This document shows, piece after piece, positions 1 to 13,511 of a DNA stretch of 52,597 nt. Below the pieces are notes generated by a model. That model searched no databases. It had not been told where the DNA came from and was given only the letters and a program-made list of their open reading frames with translations. The stretch's first letter is position 1. Every line of letters begins with the position of its first letter. The position numbers and the translations under genes are program-made. Source of the stretch: Girardia tigrina (lineage: Eukaryota); assembly GCA_001938485.1 (NCBI GenBank), contig MQRK01246642.1, positions 11,678 through 64,274 on the forward strand, given 5' to 3'.

Positions 1-1060
1 GTACGTACAGATTTTTAAAGTGCTAAAATCGAGGCATTAAAATTAAGTAGGTCATTGACCTTAAATGCGTCATAAACATATTTTTAATCACGTTTTAGCA
101 TGACAACTTTCATACCAACCATACAGCATTTGCGGGAAGCATTACTGTTTTGCTTTAATCTAAAGAAAAAAAGCTGCAGACAGTTTTCGGCTTCTTGAAG
201 AAACTTATGGTCAACATCCACCAACTCAACAGACTTACGAGAACTGGTATAAACGTTTCAAAAGTGGAGATTTCGACACAAGTGACAAAGAGCGTTCCGG
301 TCAACCAAAAAGATTCGAAGATGAAGATTTGGAATCATTACTGAAGGAAGATTCTACTAAAACAGAGAAAGAGCTTGCAAAACAGTTAAATGTTACTCAA
401 GCAGCCATAAGTAAACGTCTACATGCTATGAAAATGATTCAAAAAGAAGGAAAGTGGATACCACATGAATTGAATCAAGCCAACATTGAAAGTCGATTAC
501 TGATATTCAATTCATTGCTTACAAGACAACGAAGATGGTCATTTTTGCATAATATTGTGACTGGAGATTTATTATGTTAACTCTAAACGCAAGAAATCTG
601 GGTTCATCCTGGCGAACCGTCCACGTCAACAGCACAAAGAAACATTCATGGAGGCAAGGTTATGTTGTGCATTTGGTGAGATCAGTGATTTTGACAATGC
701 TCGGCCACATGTCGCAAAACAAGTAAAAAACACGTTGGAAGCACTTAAATGGGAAATTCTACCGCATGCTGCCTATTCACCAGATTGTGCCCCATCAGAT
801 TATCATCTGTTCTGATCAATGCAAAGCGCTCTTCGAGACCAGCACTTCAGAAACCATGAACATATAAAAACATGGCTGGAACAATGAATCGCATCAAAAG
901 ACCAAAACGTTTTTTTCGATGGAATTCATAATTTGCCTGAAAGATTGTCGAAAGTCATAATTAAAGATGGAAAATATTTTAATTTGAATAAAACTTATTA
1001 TGTCATATAAATAAACTTGTCTGTTCTGCAAAAATCCAAAAAACTAAGTTATACACATAA
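1..1060 (+). mobile_element. Degenerate mariner (Mos1/mauritiana-like) element; 5' end lies outside the window
   Basis: ATG at 100 gives MTTFIPTIQHLREALLFCFNLKK; motifs [49 protein letters not shown]. Frameshifts, stops and an internal deletion between W*DQ and DNARPH; TIR-like end at ~1030-1060 followed by (TA)n. Confidence 0.9.
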
Positions 1061-1062
1061 TA

Positions 1063-1136
<74 letters not shown>
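1059..1136. repeat. (TA)n microsatellite
   Basis: Direct reading; directly follows the mariner 3' end. Confidence 0.95.
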
Positions 1137-1139
<3 letters not shown>

Positions 1140-1679
1140 AAATATTATTCAGAATTTATATTCGATGATGAGCTTTGATTTTATGTTTTTATTGGGTCAA
1201 TTTTGTACCTTTTTAAAAATTCTTTTCCTTTTCTTTTATTAAATTATTTATTTAAACAAATAATTACACTCAGTTTTTGTTTGTTTCATTAGAGATTTAT
1301 TTATTTATCTGACGTTCTTGGGATAATTTATCAAAGTTAAATAAACAAACAAAAGAATTTTAAATTAAGAAAAAAATAAATTAAATTTAATTTCTGAATT
1401 AAAATTTTTTAAAAATCAGAAAAGAAAATTTAAAAATTGATAAAAAATCACAAAAATTGTTTATAACGAAAATTAACTGACTGCCAGGAAAGACAACGGA
1501 GAACATAATTAATGTTGACATAATAAATCAACAAGCCAGAATAAAAAATAAAGGATTTTTACAATGAATTTTAAAGGGGATAAAATATTTCCAGAAACGA
1601 CATTTTACAAGACAATAAATGATACTGTCAATACAATCTTTTAGATTCCAAGTAATTGTACTAATTTATTCAGCCTAAA

Positions 1680-1735
1680 CAGGGCCGGATTAAGCTCAAT
1701 TGAGGCCAATAGGCAGTCAAACTTTAGAGGCCTCA
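1680..1735 (+). mobile_element. hAT-like transposon terminus (solo end)
   Basis: CAGGGCCGGATTAAG...GAGGCC...AGGCC resembles hAT/MITE ends; no partner end found. Confidence 0.4.
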
Positions 1736-2217
1736 CAATTTATTTAGATAAAAAATCATTTGGTCAAAACGAGAATCGCTTAACCACAAAAAATATCATT
1801 TCTGGCTCTGGTTATTACGCTAGAGGCTAGAGCCCGAAATGGCATTCTTTAATGTTTAGCAATTCTTGTTTAAGTCTCAGTCAACTTCGGTGGAAGAGTT
1901 GATGTCACTGCGTGACTCATAGTTAGTTATACTGCTTATCCAACGACATGGTTCACAAATTCACGCTATGATGAGTAAGTTAATTTTTAGTGCGCTGATC
2001 GAAATTTAAATTTAAAAAAATTATTTGGAATTGAAATCAAATTTAAAATTAATACTTAGCATAATACTTACATATTTTAAATATGAATTTGAAAATATTC
2101 TTTATAATTAATTTGAATTAAAATATTATTTTAGCAGAAATATGAGCTGATCAAAACAGATCTGATCAAGTAGTTTTTGTGAGGATTTCTGATGTCTCTT
2201 TTAAATTATTGAATTTT

Positions 2218-2490
2218 TGATGCAGTCCTGCAGAAGTAGTATTTGAGAAAAAAATAGATAAGAAACAATGGTACGAAGACAAGAAAACGAACCGAGAGGA
2301 AATATGACAAGAAATAAAATAAAAGAACAATCCAGAAGAAAAAGGGACTCGAAGAATATTCAAGGTTGGTAATATCTTCTGGGTTAAAAAGGAGATAAGA
2401 ACAAAAGGTGAAGATAGATTCGAGGGACCATTCGAAATAATAGAGCAAATTCACGAAAGAAATTATAGGCTAAAAGATAAAAATGGCAAA
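2218..2490 (+). mobile_element. Gypsy integrase C-terminal remnant (GPY/F module)
   Basis: One frame with stops: CSPAEVVF...RIFKVGNIFWVKKEIRTKGEDRFEGPFEIIEQIHERNYRLK. Confidence 0.7.
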
Positions 2491-3845
2491 CAGAGCTTCT
2501 GTGGCATGACCATCATTATTTGTATCATACATGTATTTGTATCATTTATGATGATGAATACGTCGAAATAAATTAATTTTTAACCCATTAAGAACCAGAT
2601 TTATTTTTTGAAAAATTTTAACATCTACCTACAGATTTCTAACAAAAACCATTAAAAGTAAGTTATTTAGACAACGGAAGCAAAATATTAATAAAAAATA
2701 TTTTTGCAATAACCATTTGAGGATCGTGGGAGTTATAATGGAAATAAAACTAAACAAATTGAGATACCCAAATGGGTTAACAATAAATATTTTTTAAATA
2801 ATGTTGAACTGTTTATTTAAATCGTCGACTATTATTTTTAAACTCATTTATGAAAATTATAATTTTTATCATTTTGAAAATTTTATTTAATGTTTTTTTA
2901 ATAAAAATAAAATATTTTTGAAAAAATTAATTTTTATTATTCAGTTATTACTCGTGCAGGTACAATAATAAAAATAAAAATCTTATATCTGCAAAATTAA
3001 TTATTACTTGTATATGAATTTAAGCATGCGATGATTTCGCGGTTTCAATAATCGTTTGGTAATGCAGCCGACTTTTTTTATTTATATTAAATATTTTCCG
3101 CTTATAACATTTTGTATAACTTATATTAATGTTTCGTTAAAATCGTAAAATATTAATCATATATAAAAACATATATGGAACCATAAAATATACAAAGAAA
3201 ATAACAAAGTAGTTTTTTAAAAAGTGATACTTTTGTCAAAATAGGCGATAAATGAAAGTTGATGAAGAATATCATTCCTATCTCAATGAAAGATGAAAAA
3301 CCAGATTTTATATCCTTTTATAATTTGCATAGTTTTGTTGGAAAAACTCCGTTATAAATTGAATTTCATTAACAAATATAGAATATATGGTTTCTTTTGA
3401 CAATTTATGTAACGAATAATTTTTCCCTTACCCAAACACTGGCTTTCATTTTCATGCAGTTCACTCAACAACCGTCTAAATATTAGAGATTTTGGAGCAA
3501 TATATTTTTAGTTCAAAAAGACAAATCTCTTATAGAACCATTTCCAAATTTCATTTATTCAAATTAACAATCATATTAATTTCAGTATAATTGTAAAAGA
3601 GCTGACTCGGACAGATGTTTCAATCAGCTCTTTTAACAAATGATATAAATAAATAAAAATATAACCTAAACTTAAATTTAACAAACTATATTAAAGATAA
3701 TACAAATTGTGATTGGTACAGCAATTGTTGTTTTGAAAATTTTTGTTGCCATGCTTTTGATTGATTAAGGGTTGTTGCTATCAAAAGAATTTCAAAATTC
3801 CAAAGAATTCAACCGCCAAAATGAATTATTATTAAATGTTTTGAT

Positions 3846-3952
3846 TGGTGACCAGACACAACCGCACACGACAAAATCCCACACGAAAAAAGCACACATA
3901 GATAAAACAACACATGGAAAAAACCACACACGAATAAAATGACACAGAATAA
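3846..3952 (+). mobile_element. MULE-like terminus with ~15-bp subterminal repeats
   Basis: TGGTGACCAGACA followed by GACAAAATCCCACAC-type tandem units; the same 13-bp end occurs inverted at 18866-18878. Confidence 0.5.
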
Positions 3953-3984
3953 AAATATTAAATAATTAATTTAAACTTTTTTTA

Positions 3985-4376
3985 TGTTAAGCCGAATTGG
4001 TGTAATTGTCGAACTCGGCAATTTTTAAAAAAAATTGTATTTAAAATGAAAAAATATCGATTTAATATGAAAAAATATCGATTCAATATGAAAAAAATCA
4101 ATTTAATATGAAAAATGCTTTTGAAATACAAACGTTTGCAATTCAGCTTGCCACCAAGGAAGAAGTTTTAATAACTATGAATAAAAACTTTACATTTAGA
4201 GTCTATTTTTTATAATAAATTTAGATTTTTTTCACATTTAATTTATTTTTTCATATTAAATTGATATTTTTTCATATTAAATTCATATTTCATTTTAAAT
4301 TGAGAAATTTTCATATTAAAATGAAAATTTTTCATATGGTTAGTGAATTCGGATATTACACAAAGTCGGCATAACA
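3985..4376. mobile_element. Foldback-like MITE with TA flanks
   Basis: TIRs TGTTAAGCCGAATTGGTGTAATTGTCGAACTC and revcomp TGTTATGCCGACTTTGTGTAATATCCGAATTC; internal ~21-bp tandem arrays (AATATGAAAAAATATCGATTT) at ~4040-4115, inverted at ~4225-4337; TA on both sides. Confidence 0.7.
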
Positions 4377-5635
4377 TATTTGTATTATTGAGTCTTGTGA
4401 ACGCAAGTTTAATATTCTGAAAATATAATTTGATTAAAGCTTCTTTTATATAATTATTGAAACGCATGTCAATTAAATTTATATACCAGATTAACTTGCT
4501 ATCCACAAACTGTTTTCGACTTATTTCAGAGGAAACTTTGAACTTTGGATGTGATAGAAACAACTTTGGCACAACTTATCGTACTACCTTTTAAGAAGAG
4601 TATTTGTAGAAGATGTTCAATAATGATATAAAAGAANNNNNNNNNNNNNNNNNNNNNNNNNNNNNNNNNNNNNNNNNNNNNNNNNNNNNNNNNNNNNNNN
4701 NNNNNNNNNNNNNNNNNNNNNNNNNNNNNNNNNNNNNNNNNNNNNNNNNNNNNNNNNNNNNNNNNNNNNNNNNNNNNNNNNNNNNNNNNNNNNNNNNNNN
4801 NNNNNNNNNNNNNNNNNNNNNNNNNNNNNNNNNCGAAGTATATATAATTTATATTATTTTTATGGTGAGTTAGTTAATTTTCATTTTTACAGATCTAAAT
4901 TAAAATAATTGAAAAACTTTGAATATAATTTATAAAACAAATTATTTTTAAAATATAATTTGTAAATTTTAAATTAAAAAAAGAATTCTAAATATAAATT
5001 GTAATAGAATTTCCAATAATTAAGAATTATTAAAAATATAATTATTTTACAAAATAAACTGTTTTAAGTTTTAAAATATTTTTTTAAATAATATAGATCG
5101 GCGAAATGATTGTCAAAAATTAGAGAAAAGGTAGAAACTTTGTTCGAATTTTGTTTATAATAAAATTATCATTGGGCTTATGAGGAGTTTTTTAATTATC
5201 TGTCGCTGACAAATTTAATTTAAAAATCTTTGAAAAATATTTTTATTTAAAATATTAAAGCAATTTGTGTAACATAATTCAAGTATATTAGATTTTTAAG
5301 CAAATATTATTTGATAAAAGAGATCATATTACAATCAAAATAAAGATTAATTTTCATTATATATGTTTGTAATAAAAACATGTTTTTTTTTAATTTTAAA
5401 GTAATTTGATAATAAAAAAAATATTATAAAAGAAATCGAATTATATATCAATTTTGAAATTTGTGTTTTTTGAAAATTTGATCAGAATTTTAAAATTAAA
5501 ATAAATTTCGGCGAATCGATTATTAAAAAAGAATCTGTAAATTTATTTGTAATCTAAATTATTAATTTATGCTAATAAAATGAATCTGACTTCGAATATC
5601 AAAAAGAATATCAACGTAACTCGACTATTGATTTA

Positions 5636-6259
5636 CAGCTACCGTCACTGATATGGAATATTGTAGAAAATATTGGGGAAGTTTTTCTGGATAAAGAGCG
5701 GGGAAACTCTATTTTCTGCCTCCCAACATTACATTTAAACATGATAAATATCTCATTGTGCTGAAAAAGGAACATCCAACTGTCATACATCGATTAAACG
5801 GCACATTCTTTCTGCAGAATAATGCTCCATGTCATAATGCAAAATGACTTATGACTTGACTACGTGAGCGAGACTGTGGGCTGTTGGACTGACCGACACA
5901 AAGTCCTGACCTTAACCCAATAGAAAATTTGTGGAACATTATGAAAAGAAGAGTGGCTATCAAACATCCCTCTAATGTGGATCATCTAAAAGAGATTATT
6001 TAGCAAGTTTGGAACGAAATACTCTCACCAGACCAATGTTTCAAATTGGCCGCCAACATGCCTCGAAGAATTCAAGAGGTGTTGAAGAACAAAGGAGGGC
6101 ATCCAAAGTATTAAATGTAGAAAGGATTACTTAAAACATGCTTTATTTTCAATATACATTAATAAATTTTGTGATTTAAGCTTTTCTTTATCAATGGAAA
6201 CGCAAAATTTGCGCCTTGTCAATTTTTTTAACAATATTCCATATTAGTTACGGAAGATG
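5636..6259 (+). mobile_element. Internally deleted Tc1-family (DD34E) element
   Basis: TA + TIR CAGCTACCGTCACTGATATGGAATATT; right TIR revcomp CATCTTCCGTAACTAATATGGAATATT + TA. Frame 5674-6114 reads WGSFSG...FLQNNAPCH...[12 protein letters not shown]...MPRRIQEVLKNKGGHPKY* with stops. Confidence 0.9.
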
Positions 6260-7772
6260 TAACTAACGATTATAAAATTTGAATAGAAAATTTTGAAATA
6301 TGATAATATTATTAATTATAATTTATACTTAAATTGAAATATTAATAGAAAAAATCATTTATCAAAATAATAAGAAATTAAAATGAAGAAAAAATTTTTT
6401 TTTCAATTTTATCTAAGATTTCTTTTTTTTTCGAGAGAGAGAGAGAGAAAGAGATGATAAAAACTGATTTCAAGAAGTAAATTCAAGACCTAACAAAATA
6501 TATATTTTTTTCTATTATAAATTTGAGTAATTATTTTTTTCATAATTGAACTTAGATTGTGACATTGATAGACACTGATAAAATTCTTCAGTGTGATTAA
6601 AGAAATTTTCCTCCCAAGCAGCTGACTAATAAAAGAGGTATTGGAGGTAATTTGTTTACTGTCGATAACACTTCTGTGACATTAATTTGGAGACTTCTAT
6701 AATGACGGACTTGTGTTGTCGTTCTTTTTGAATTCTGCAAGAAATTTGAATTTAGATTTATGCAAAAATAAATTTATTTAATTTTCTTCTTTTTCTTTTT
6801 TTCTGTAAATATTTGTCTGTTGACTGCTTGAAAATTTACATTAATTTTTTTTGCTGTTTTGATTTCGTTAATGGAATTTATTTTGTTTTTTGAAAATAGA
6901 TTTTCTTGTTTTTTTAGTTTGGTTCAAAAGAAAAGAGATTATGAAATTAAATGAGAAAGGATAGTCTGGATTTGTTTTTTGGGAAGGTAACAAAGAGAGG
7001 GATTGGGAAATAAATTTAAGGAAAATTATTTAATTATTAAAAATTGATTCAGTTGAAAACTGATTTTCATCTATCAAGATGTATTTCTTTTATATTTTTA
7101 TCGTTTAATGTTCGAAATTTAAATTCCTTTGTATTATATTTATATTTGAAATTTAAAATCCCTCCCTTGTTAAATCAAATTCAAATCGAAATTCATCTTC
7201 ATTCAAATGACAATCCCCGATTCTTTCCATTCATTTCCATTTTATTGCTATTGCTTCGTATTTATAAAATTGAAATGTCAGATTTAAAAAGAAACTTAAA
7301 TTAAAAAGGAAACTTAAATTTATTAAATAAATAAGAATTAAAAATTAAATAAATTAAAAAATAATAATGAAACTTTAAATTTCAATGTTTCTATTAAATG
7401 AACAGTTTTTGCCGAACAAAGAAATTATTTATCAATTATTTCGTCATGGCCAATGGAGAGAGAGACACACATTGGGCCAGTATGTGTGTTTGTGACAAGA
7501 GTTGGTGTGTTGAAGAATGGAGAGAAAGTCTCGTTTGAATTGTTTGAACTCGATCCGATTGGCTAGATAATTAGAGTGAGTAGTTGAAGAAAGAAGTGAT
7601 TTAAAAATAACTTATTATTTTTATTACGTTGTGAATTCCATTTTTTTCTCCTTTCAAATTTATTCACAATGTCACGTTTTGAGTTATATTTCGCTTAGTT
7701 CTATTTTTCATATGATTTCGAGAATGGTTTTGATTTCGCTATTTGCGTTTGTTTGCTGTGACTGACTATTAT

Positions 7773-8212
7773 GAGCACCAATTTGACTTTTCATATTTTT
7801 ATTTACACAACAATTTTGGATTGTCCTTAAGACAATCTTTGTCAAAGCTTTCGTACAATTGCATTCTAAACTAAATAGATTAATAAATTAATTCTTATTA
7901 TTTTTTAGCAAACGGATAAATAAATTATTTATTAATATATTTACTCAAAACTTATTGGATAACAATTAAAATGATTATTAATAATTTAAAAAATATTAAT
8001 TTGATTTATTTATTAAAAATTGTAAATAAAATTAATTAACTTATTTAAAATTTTGCAATTATTTTAAATTAAAAATAAATTTAAACATTACATATTTTTA
8101 GATTATAAGAATCAAAATATTAATCCTCCATCTGGGTAGGAGAGACACAATTCCAAATCAACACACAACATTCAAACACACAACATCAAACATTCAAAAT
8201 ATTCCTCAGAGT
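7773..8212 (-). repeat. Dispersed repeat, inverted copy of 36165-36605
   Basis: Shared blocks such as CATCTGGGTAGGAGAGACACA and AGACAATCTTTGTCAAA; a shorter copy lies at ~29100-29195. Confidence 0.8.
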
Positions 8213-8855
8213 GACGAAGCAATTATTTGATTTGATTTTGACTTGTTTGCTATAATTTTGACAAAAAAGATCATTTGCTTAAAATAAATTTAATTACTAA
8301 AATATTTGAACTTTTTTTATTGTTTTGATTATGATTTCAAAAAAAATTGTTTGAACAATCTTTATTCATAGAGGGCCCAGCACAATGAGTCCCAGCTCCT
8401 ACTGCGCACCTTTGTCTACACCATCCTAGGGGCCAGCTGGAGATCAAGCTGAACAATTATGGATCAATTTTTAAAGTAATCTAGCAAAATAATATTTCTG
8501 AAGAATTTTAACCCTTTGGGGAAGGGTGAAATTTGTTTAATGAAAGACGAAATTCAACGGTGATCACGAATTTAAAATCAAAATTTCCCTAACTATTTAT
8601 AAGATTCCTATTATTTTATTTACTTCAATTGCTATTCAAAAAGATAAATTCACAATAAAAAGTTTAAATGTATTGTATCCTTCAAAAATTTGAATTCATC
8701 TGGAAAAATTGTCATTTTAGAATTTATCGCTTCAATTATCGTACTCAGACCGCTTTATATAATGTATTTATTTGGAATTACAAAATCAATTATTAATACA
8801 AAATAACGAAAAGTCAATCCAGCCGTTTTACATCAATATTTTGGTATTTTGATTT

Positions 8856-8955
8856 GATGATGACCCCACGAATTTTGGGAATTCTTGCAACTTATGAAGT
8901 TTTTCTGTTCGCAATCATTGCCAAGCTTGCTTTAGACATTCCCATAAGTGAGATT
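8856..8955 (+). mobile_element. Possible hAT transposase dimerisation-domain relic
   Basis: Frameshifted EFWEF...FAIIAKLALDIPIS resembles FW...YPxLAKLAxxxLxIPxS. Confidence 0.3.
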
Positions 8956-11543
8956 CACTAGTTTTACGCAGTTTCCGTAACTCTCTGTCCAGAAAATTTT
9001 AAAAATAAAAATTTATTTTTAAAAAATTATTTGAATATTAGTAATCAGCAAAATGATTATAATAATTAGTGTAACCAGAAATATTTGAGAAATTTTTCCG
9101 ATTTATTTTAATTTTAATTTGTATGACATTTCATCTATAATATACAAATCTCAGCGGTGTTCAGATGAAACTTGGAATTATTTAAAGATCATTTTGATAA
9201 AGGTTGAATTTTGTACAAGAAGTACCCAAGAGCTGTAGACAATGTCTTTCATCTGAAAAAATCACTTTATAACTCATTTTATTCTGTAATAAAAAATTAT
9301 GCTTGGATTAATATAAACTGTACAGAGGCTGTTGCTTCATGAACTGACTTCATGAAAATGTTGACAAATAGTTCAAACTTCGATCAGATATAAAGATATT
9401 TGTCTCAAATTTGACATTACTAGTCCTCATTTGAATCGCTAGAAAAATAAGTTTATTGAGAGACTGGAAGTGAAAAAAAACCTTCCCAAACGTCTAATTA
9501 ACTAGTGTCTCACCTTGCAAAGTAACTTTCCAATATGAAGAGTTAATGAAAAGTTCAAGTCATACTCAAAACAGCTTTTAGTCACGAACTACAGAAGCTA
9601 TTTAATCCTTGTCATTTGGTGATTGACAAAAACAAGGATTCTTTTATTGATGGAGGATGTTTGTTCAGATATACAATTCTACTTTTGCAGTTTATCTAAT
9701 CAATCCTAAAAATTTCCGAATATACAAAATAATAATTATCTAAACATTATTTTATATTTTTTGATGTTAATTATGAAAGCAAAAGTTTCTTATTTTAAGA
9801 AAATAAATTTTAAAAAGTACTTACTACATTTTGTCGAAAAAATATATTTGTAAATTAATCTGAATTTTTTCAAGAAAAATATAAATTTATTTCTTATAGA
9901 TATTTTAAACAATTATTAATAAAAAATATATAATTAAGTGCTCACGTAATTGCAATTTATTATTCTTTGTAATTAATAATCTGTTTAATTAACACAATTA
10001 TTTAACACAATTGATTAATTTCTTTTTTTGTTATTTTTGTTTTATATTCGTTATTAAAAGTAGGAACAAAATATAACGAAAAGAAATATCTTTATTTCTA
10101 GGAGAAGAATTTCATTAATTTCGAGAGAACATATTTCAATTAATCATTATTTAATTGAAAAGCTCTTAAGTGAAACAGAAGCCTTTTATGGTATAATTGA
10201 TTTGATATTGTTGAGGGGTCTTAACTCCTTTTTCGGGAAGGGAAATTCGAGATAATGAATACAATTATTTAATTTAATATAATAAATTGGGATAACTGTT
10301 TTTAAAAATTACGAAGATTTATGGAAATTTTTATTAATTTCCTAAAACTTAACACTTAAATAATTTATTGACTCAATAAAATTAGTTTTTTATAAAAATA
10401 AATATATAAATAATGAATATTTACAAAAAACTTTTTTATCAATTAAAAATAATCTTTTACAGTGGTTTTCAGAAATATTTGTTCTCAACAGTAATTATTT
10501 TGCCTCCAACCATTAATAAATAATTAATTCATAAAATCAATTTAAAAGAATTAGTTGAAAATGCTTTACAATTTTATTAAATATTATTATTGGGGTCCCA
10601 AAAGTACATGTGATAGAATACCGGGAATTTGTGTTGTTAGATTCGGACATATTTGAGAAACATTTCCAGACAAATGTATTTTCCGAGGAATATTATTTTC
10701 TATTCCTAAACATTTATAGATAAATATAAAATGAATACTTTCAAATTTTCTTATAATCGACAAAAAACGGATTTTAAATCTTAGTTAATCAAGATTGAAA
10801 GTTTTCACGTAATTAATTTCTAATTAGGACTTTCAAGACACTTTCAAAATAGTAGGGATCAAATAGCAGGGTCAAATCCTTTTTTATTAGTCTGGCATAT
10901 TTCTGAATTATAAAATTTTGGTGGACATCTTAAACTCAAATATGAAAAATAAATAAGTATGAAAATAATAAATAAATAAAATATAAATATAATGAAATTA
11001 TATTTCCCAGTGAACATCTCTAATTCTTGATCTTTTACTAATGGACTGTAAATACATTTTAATTATTTCAAAAACATTTTCGTTAAGATTAATGTACGAA
11101 GAATTTGGCTAAAGAAACAAGAAATCGACGTTAACCTTGGATAAACGTTAAATGACCTCTCTCCTACAAGGAAATAACTAAAACTTATCATCAATAACGG
11201 ATTTCTTTAAAGATCCTTTTTTAAGTTCATCATCTAAGTTTATTAAGCTCCCTTTTCTTGTCAAAAAATATTTTTAACGAAAGTAAATTTTGTATATCAG
11301 TTGATTTTTACTTTTTCGAAGAACAGAGAAGGAAATAATTAAGCAGCTATAAAAAAGACCAATATTTTTAAGTGGATTGGAAAATTTGCTTTTAATCACA
11401 GAAGTGATTTTGGACCGCTAGAGAAGTGCAAGACATACGGGAAATATTTATGATAATTTCTTAAGAGTTTTCGATTAATTTTACGTAATATATTACACAA
11501 TAATCCATTTTACATGTATCAAAAGTAAAAAAGCTAAAAACCA

Positions 11544-11586
11544 GTGATCTGAAAAGGACGGTAAAATCGTCAAAATATATTATCAC
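11544..11586 (+). ncRNA. Degenerate minimal hammerhead motif (family 2)
   Basis: GTGAT CTGAAAA G GACGG TAAAA TCGTC AAAA TATA TT ATCAC: stems I and II intact, two core G>A changes. Confidence 0.45.
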
Positions 11587-11923
11587 AAAAATATTTTGAA
11601 ATGGCGAATCTTTTGTTTTGTAGAAAGAAATGTAAAAGTAATTTTGAAATTTAAATATTTTAAATTATATGTTTTATTTTTGGATAATAATGATATAGAG
11701 GTGCGTATGAAGCGTTATTTATTAGGTCATACAATCATAAAATTAAGTGATACTAAATACGGATTAAATATTATGAAAAACTCTGTTACTTAATGTTAAA
11801 TATATAAATTATTATGCATGTAATAAGAAAATCAGAGATTACCAAAAATGTTTATACATATTTATCTGTACTTTTATTCATTATATGTTTTTCGCGATGA
11901 TGACGGTTGGCCCGTCAAAACTA

Positions 11924-12347
11924 ACGGATAACATGAAATAGTAGGACACCTACTATTTTAATAGTAGGTGGAAAAAAAATTGAAAAGGCGCCCAATATTG
12001 GTTTACACCTACTATTTGGTGCTTTTGTTTTGAANNNNNNNNNNNNNNNNNNNNNNNNNNNNNNNNNNNNNNNNNNNNNNNNNNGAAAAATAAGAATTTA
12101 TTCATCATAGATAATAAAAGCATCATCAGTTAATATTTCTTCACTATCACTGTGATCAGTTTCTTTTTGGGATTCCGACAAATACTTTTTTACAAAATAT
12201 TTTAAAAATATTTTTTTTATAAATTGCTTTAAAAACGATACACCTACTATTTGATTCCACCTACTATTTTAATAGTTGGTGGAAAATTTTTTGAAAACTT
12301 CATTACACCTACTATTTCATGTCCACCTACTATTTGATGTTATCCGT
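11924..12347. mobile_element. MITE with TA target duplication (contains a gap)
   Basis: TIRs ACGGATAACAT(G/C)AAATAGTAGG, flanked by TA; internal CACCTACTATTT repeats. Confidence 0.8.
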
Positions 12348-12529
12348 TAATAACTTTTTGTGTATGGGTAATATTTTAAACTTGAAAAAGACCCGTCATA
12401 TATGACGGGTGAGGAGAACTTTCGTGTTCGAAAGTTTCTGTTTTAATTTCTAAATCGTAGTTATTATAATTTATTATTTCGAATTCTGTGTTGGTTTAAC
12501 AGTCGGTCAATTAAGTCGGAATTTCGGCT

Positions 12530-12688
12530 AGGGCGCTGTAGAGATTGAATCGTCTCTATGTGGGCTATCCAGATTGAGAACATCCGTGCGTGGATTTTTT
12601 AGGGTTCCTTAGCAATTTCGCATTTTGATCATAGCGTGACTGACAAACAAGCAAACACACATTTTAGACAAATATATTATATATTGTG
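12530..12688. mobile_element. Possible non-autonomous Helitron-like end
   Basis: ...TGACTGACAAACAAGCAAACACACATTTTAG...ATATATTATATA resembles microsatellite-bearing Helitron termini; pattern recognition only. Confidence 0.25.
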
Positions 12689-13467
12689 GATGAATGTGGT
12701 GACTGCCAATTTTGATTGTACTAAAATTGAAAATGTGATTCTTCTACCCAGTTGAAAAATTAGTGTTTTATTGTATTTGCAAAAACTGATTATTCGAATA
12801 GAATTAATAAAAATAATCCGTGCTGGAGTTCCTTTTGGTGAGCTTTAAATTTTTGATATTTTCAAATTAAAAATCATATTTATATTTTAGATAAATTAAA
12901 AATAATGTTCGACTAATTAAAATGAAATAATCTTTTAAATAAAAAATTTAAGTTTATATATAATATTTTTTACTAATTAAAATAAATAAGATTTTATAAA
13001 ATATATACTTTAGAGGTAACATTTCTACCAATTAAATTGAAATAATTTTTGTAAAAATTATATTTCACAGATCGTATATTACTAATTAAAAGGAAATAAG
13101 TTTTGTAAAAATTTGAGAGTAATGATAATATTTTAATTAAATTGAGACAAATTTTTATAAAAATTAAGTTTTAAAAATTCACAATTAAAATATCATCTTC
13201 GAAGTTAAAGAATATTGTAAAAAAGATTTTGATATATTTTGTAACACTATTAAAAATAAAATTAGAATGTTTATTGTACACGGAAAGTTTTATTAAAAAA
13301 AATAATTTAAAATGGAATGATTTAAAATTAAAGAAAATTATTTAAGAATTGAATTTTTTACAGGATATGTCCATTAAAATATTTCTAAAGATCTAAATTT
13401 ATAAACTTTGTAAAAAAAAATTAATAAAACAGATACAAAATAAGATTTAAGCAAAAATGAAGAAAAT

Positions 13468-13470
<3 letters not shown>

Positions 13471-13506
<36 letters not shown>
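13471..13506. repeat. (AT)n microsatellite
   Basis: Direct reading. Confidence 0.95.

Positions 13507-13511
<5 letters not shown>

Noticed and set aside
2580-2780. TTAA-CCCATT...AATGGG-TTAA piggyBac-like MITE
   Set aside because: Only 6 bp of inverted identity beyond TTAA; too weak to call.
11940-12335. Recurrent CACCTACTATTT repeats resembling a CRISPR array
   Set aside because: Irregular spacing, both orientations, inside a TIR element, eukaryotic context, no cas genes.
12391-12410. Perfect 20-bp palindrome ACCCGTCATATATGACGGGT
   Set aside because: Real, but typical of transposon subterminal motifs, with no further structure to support a separate call.
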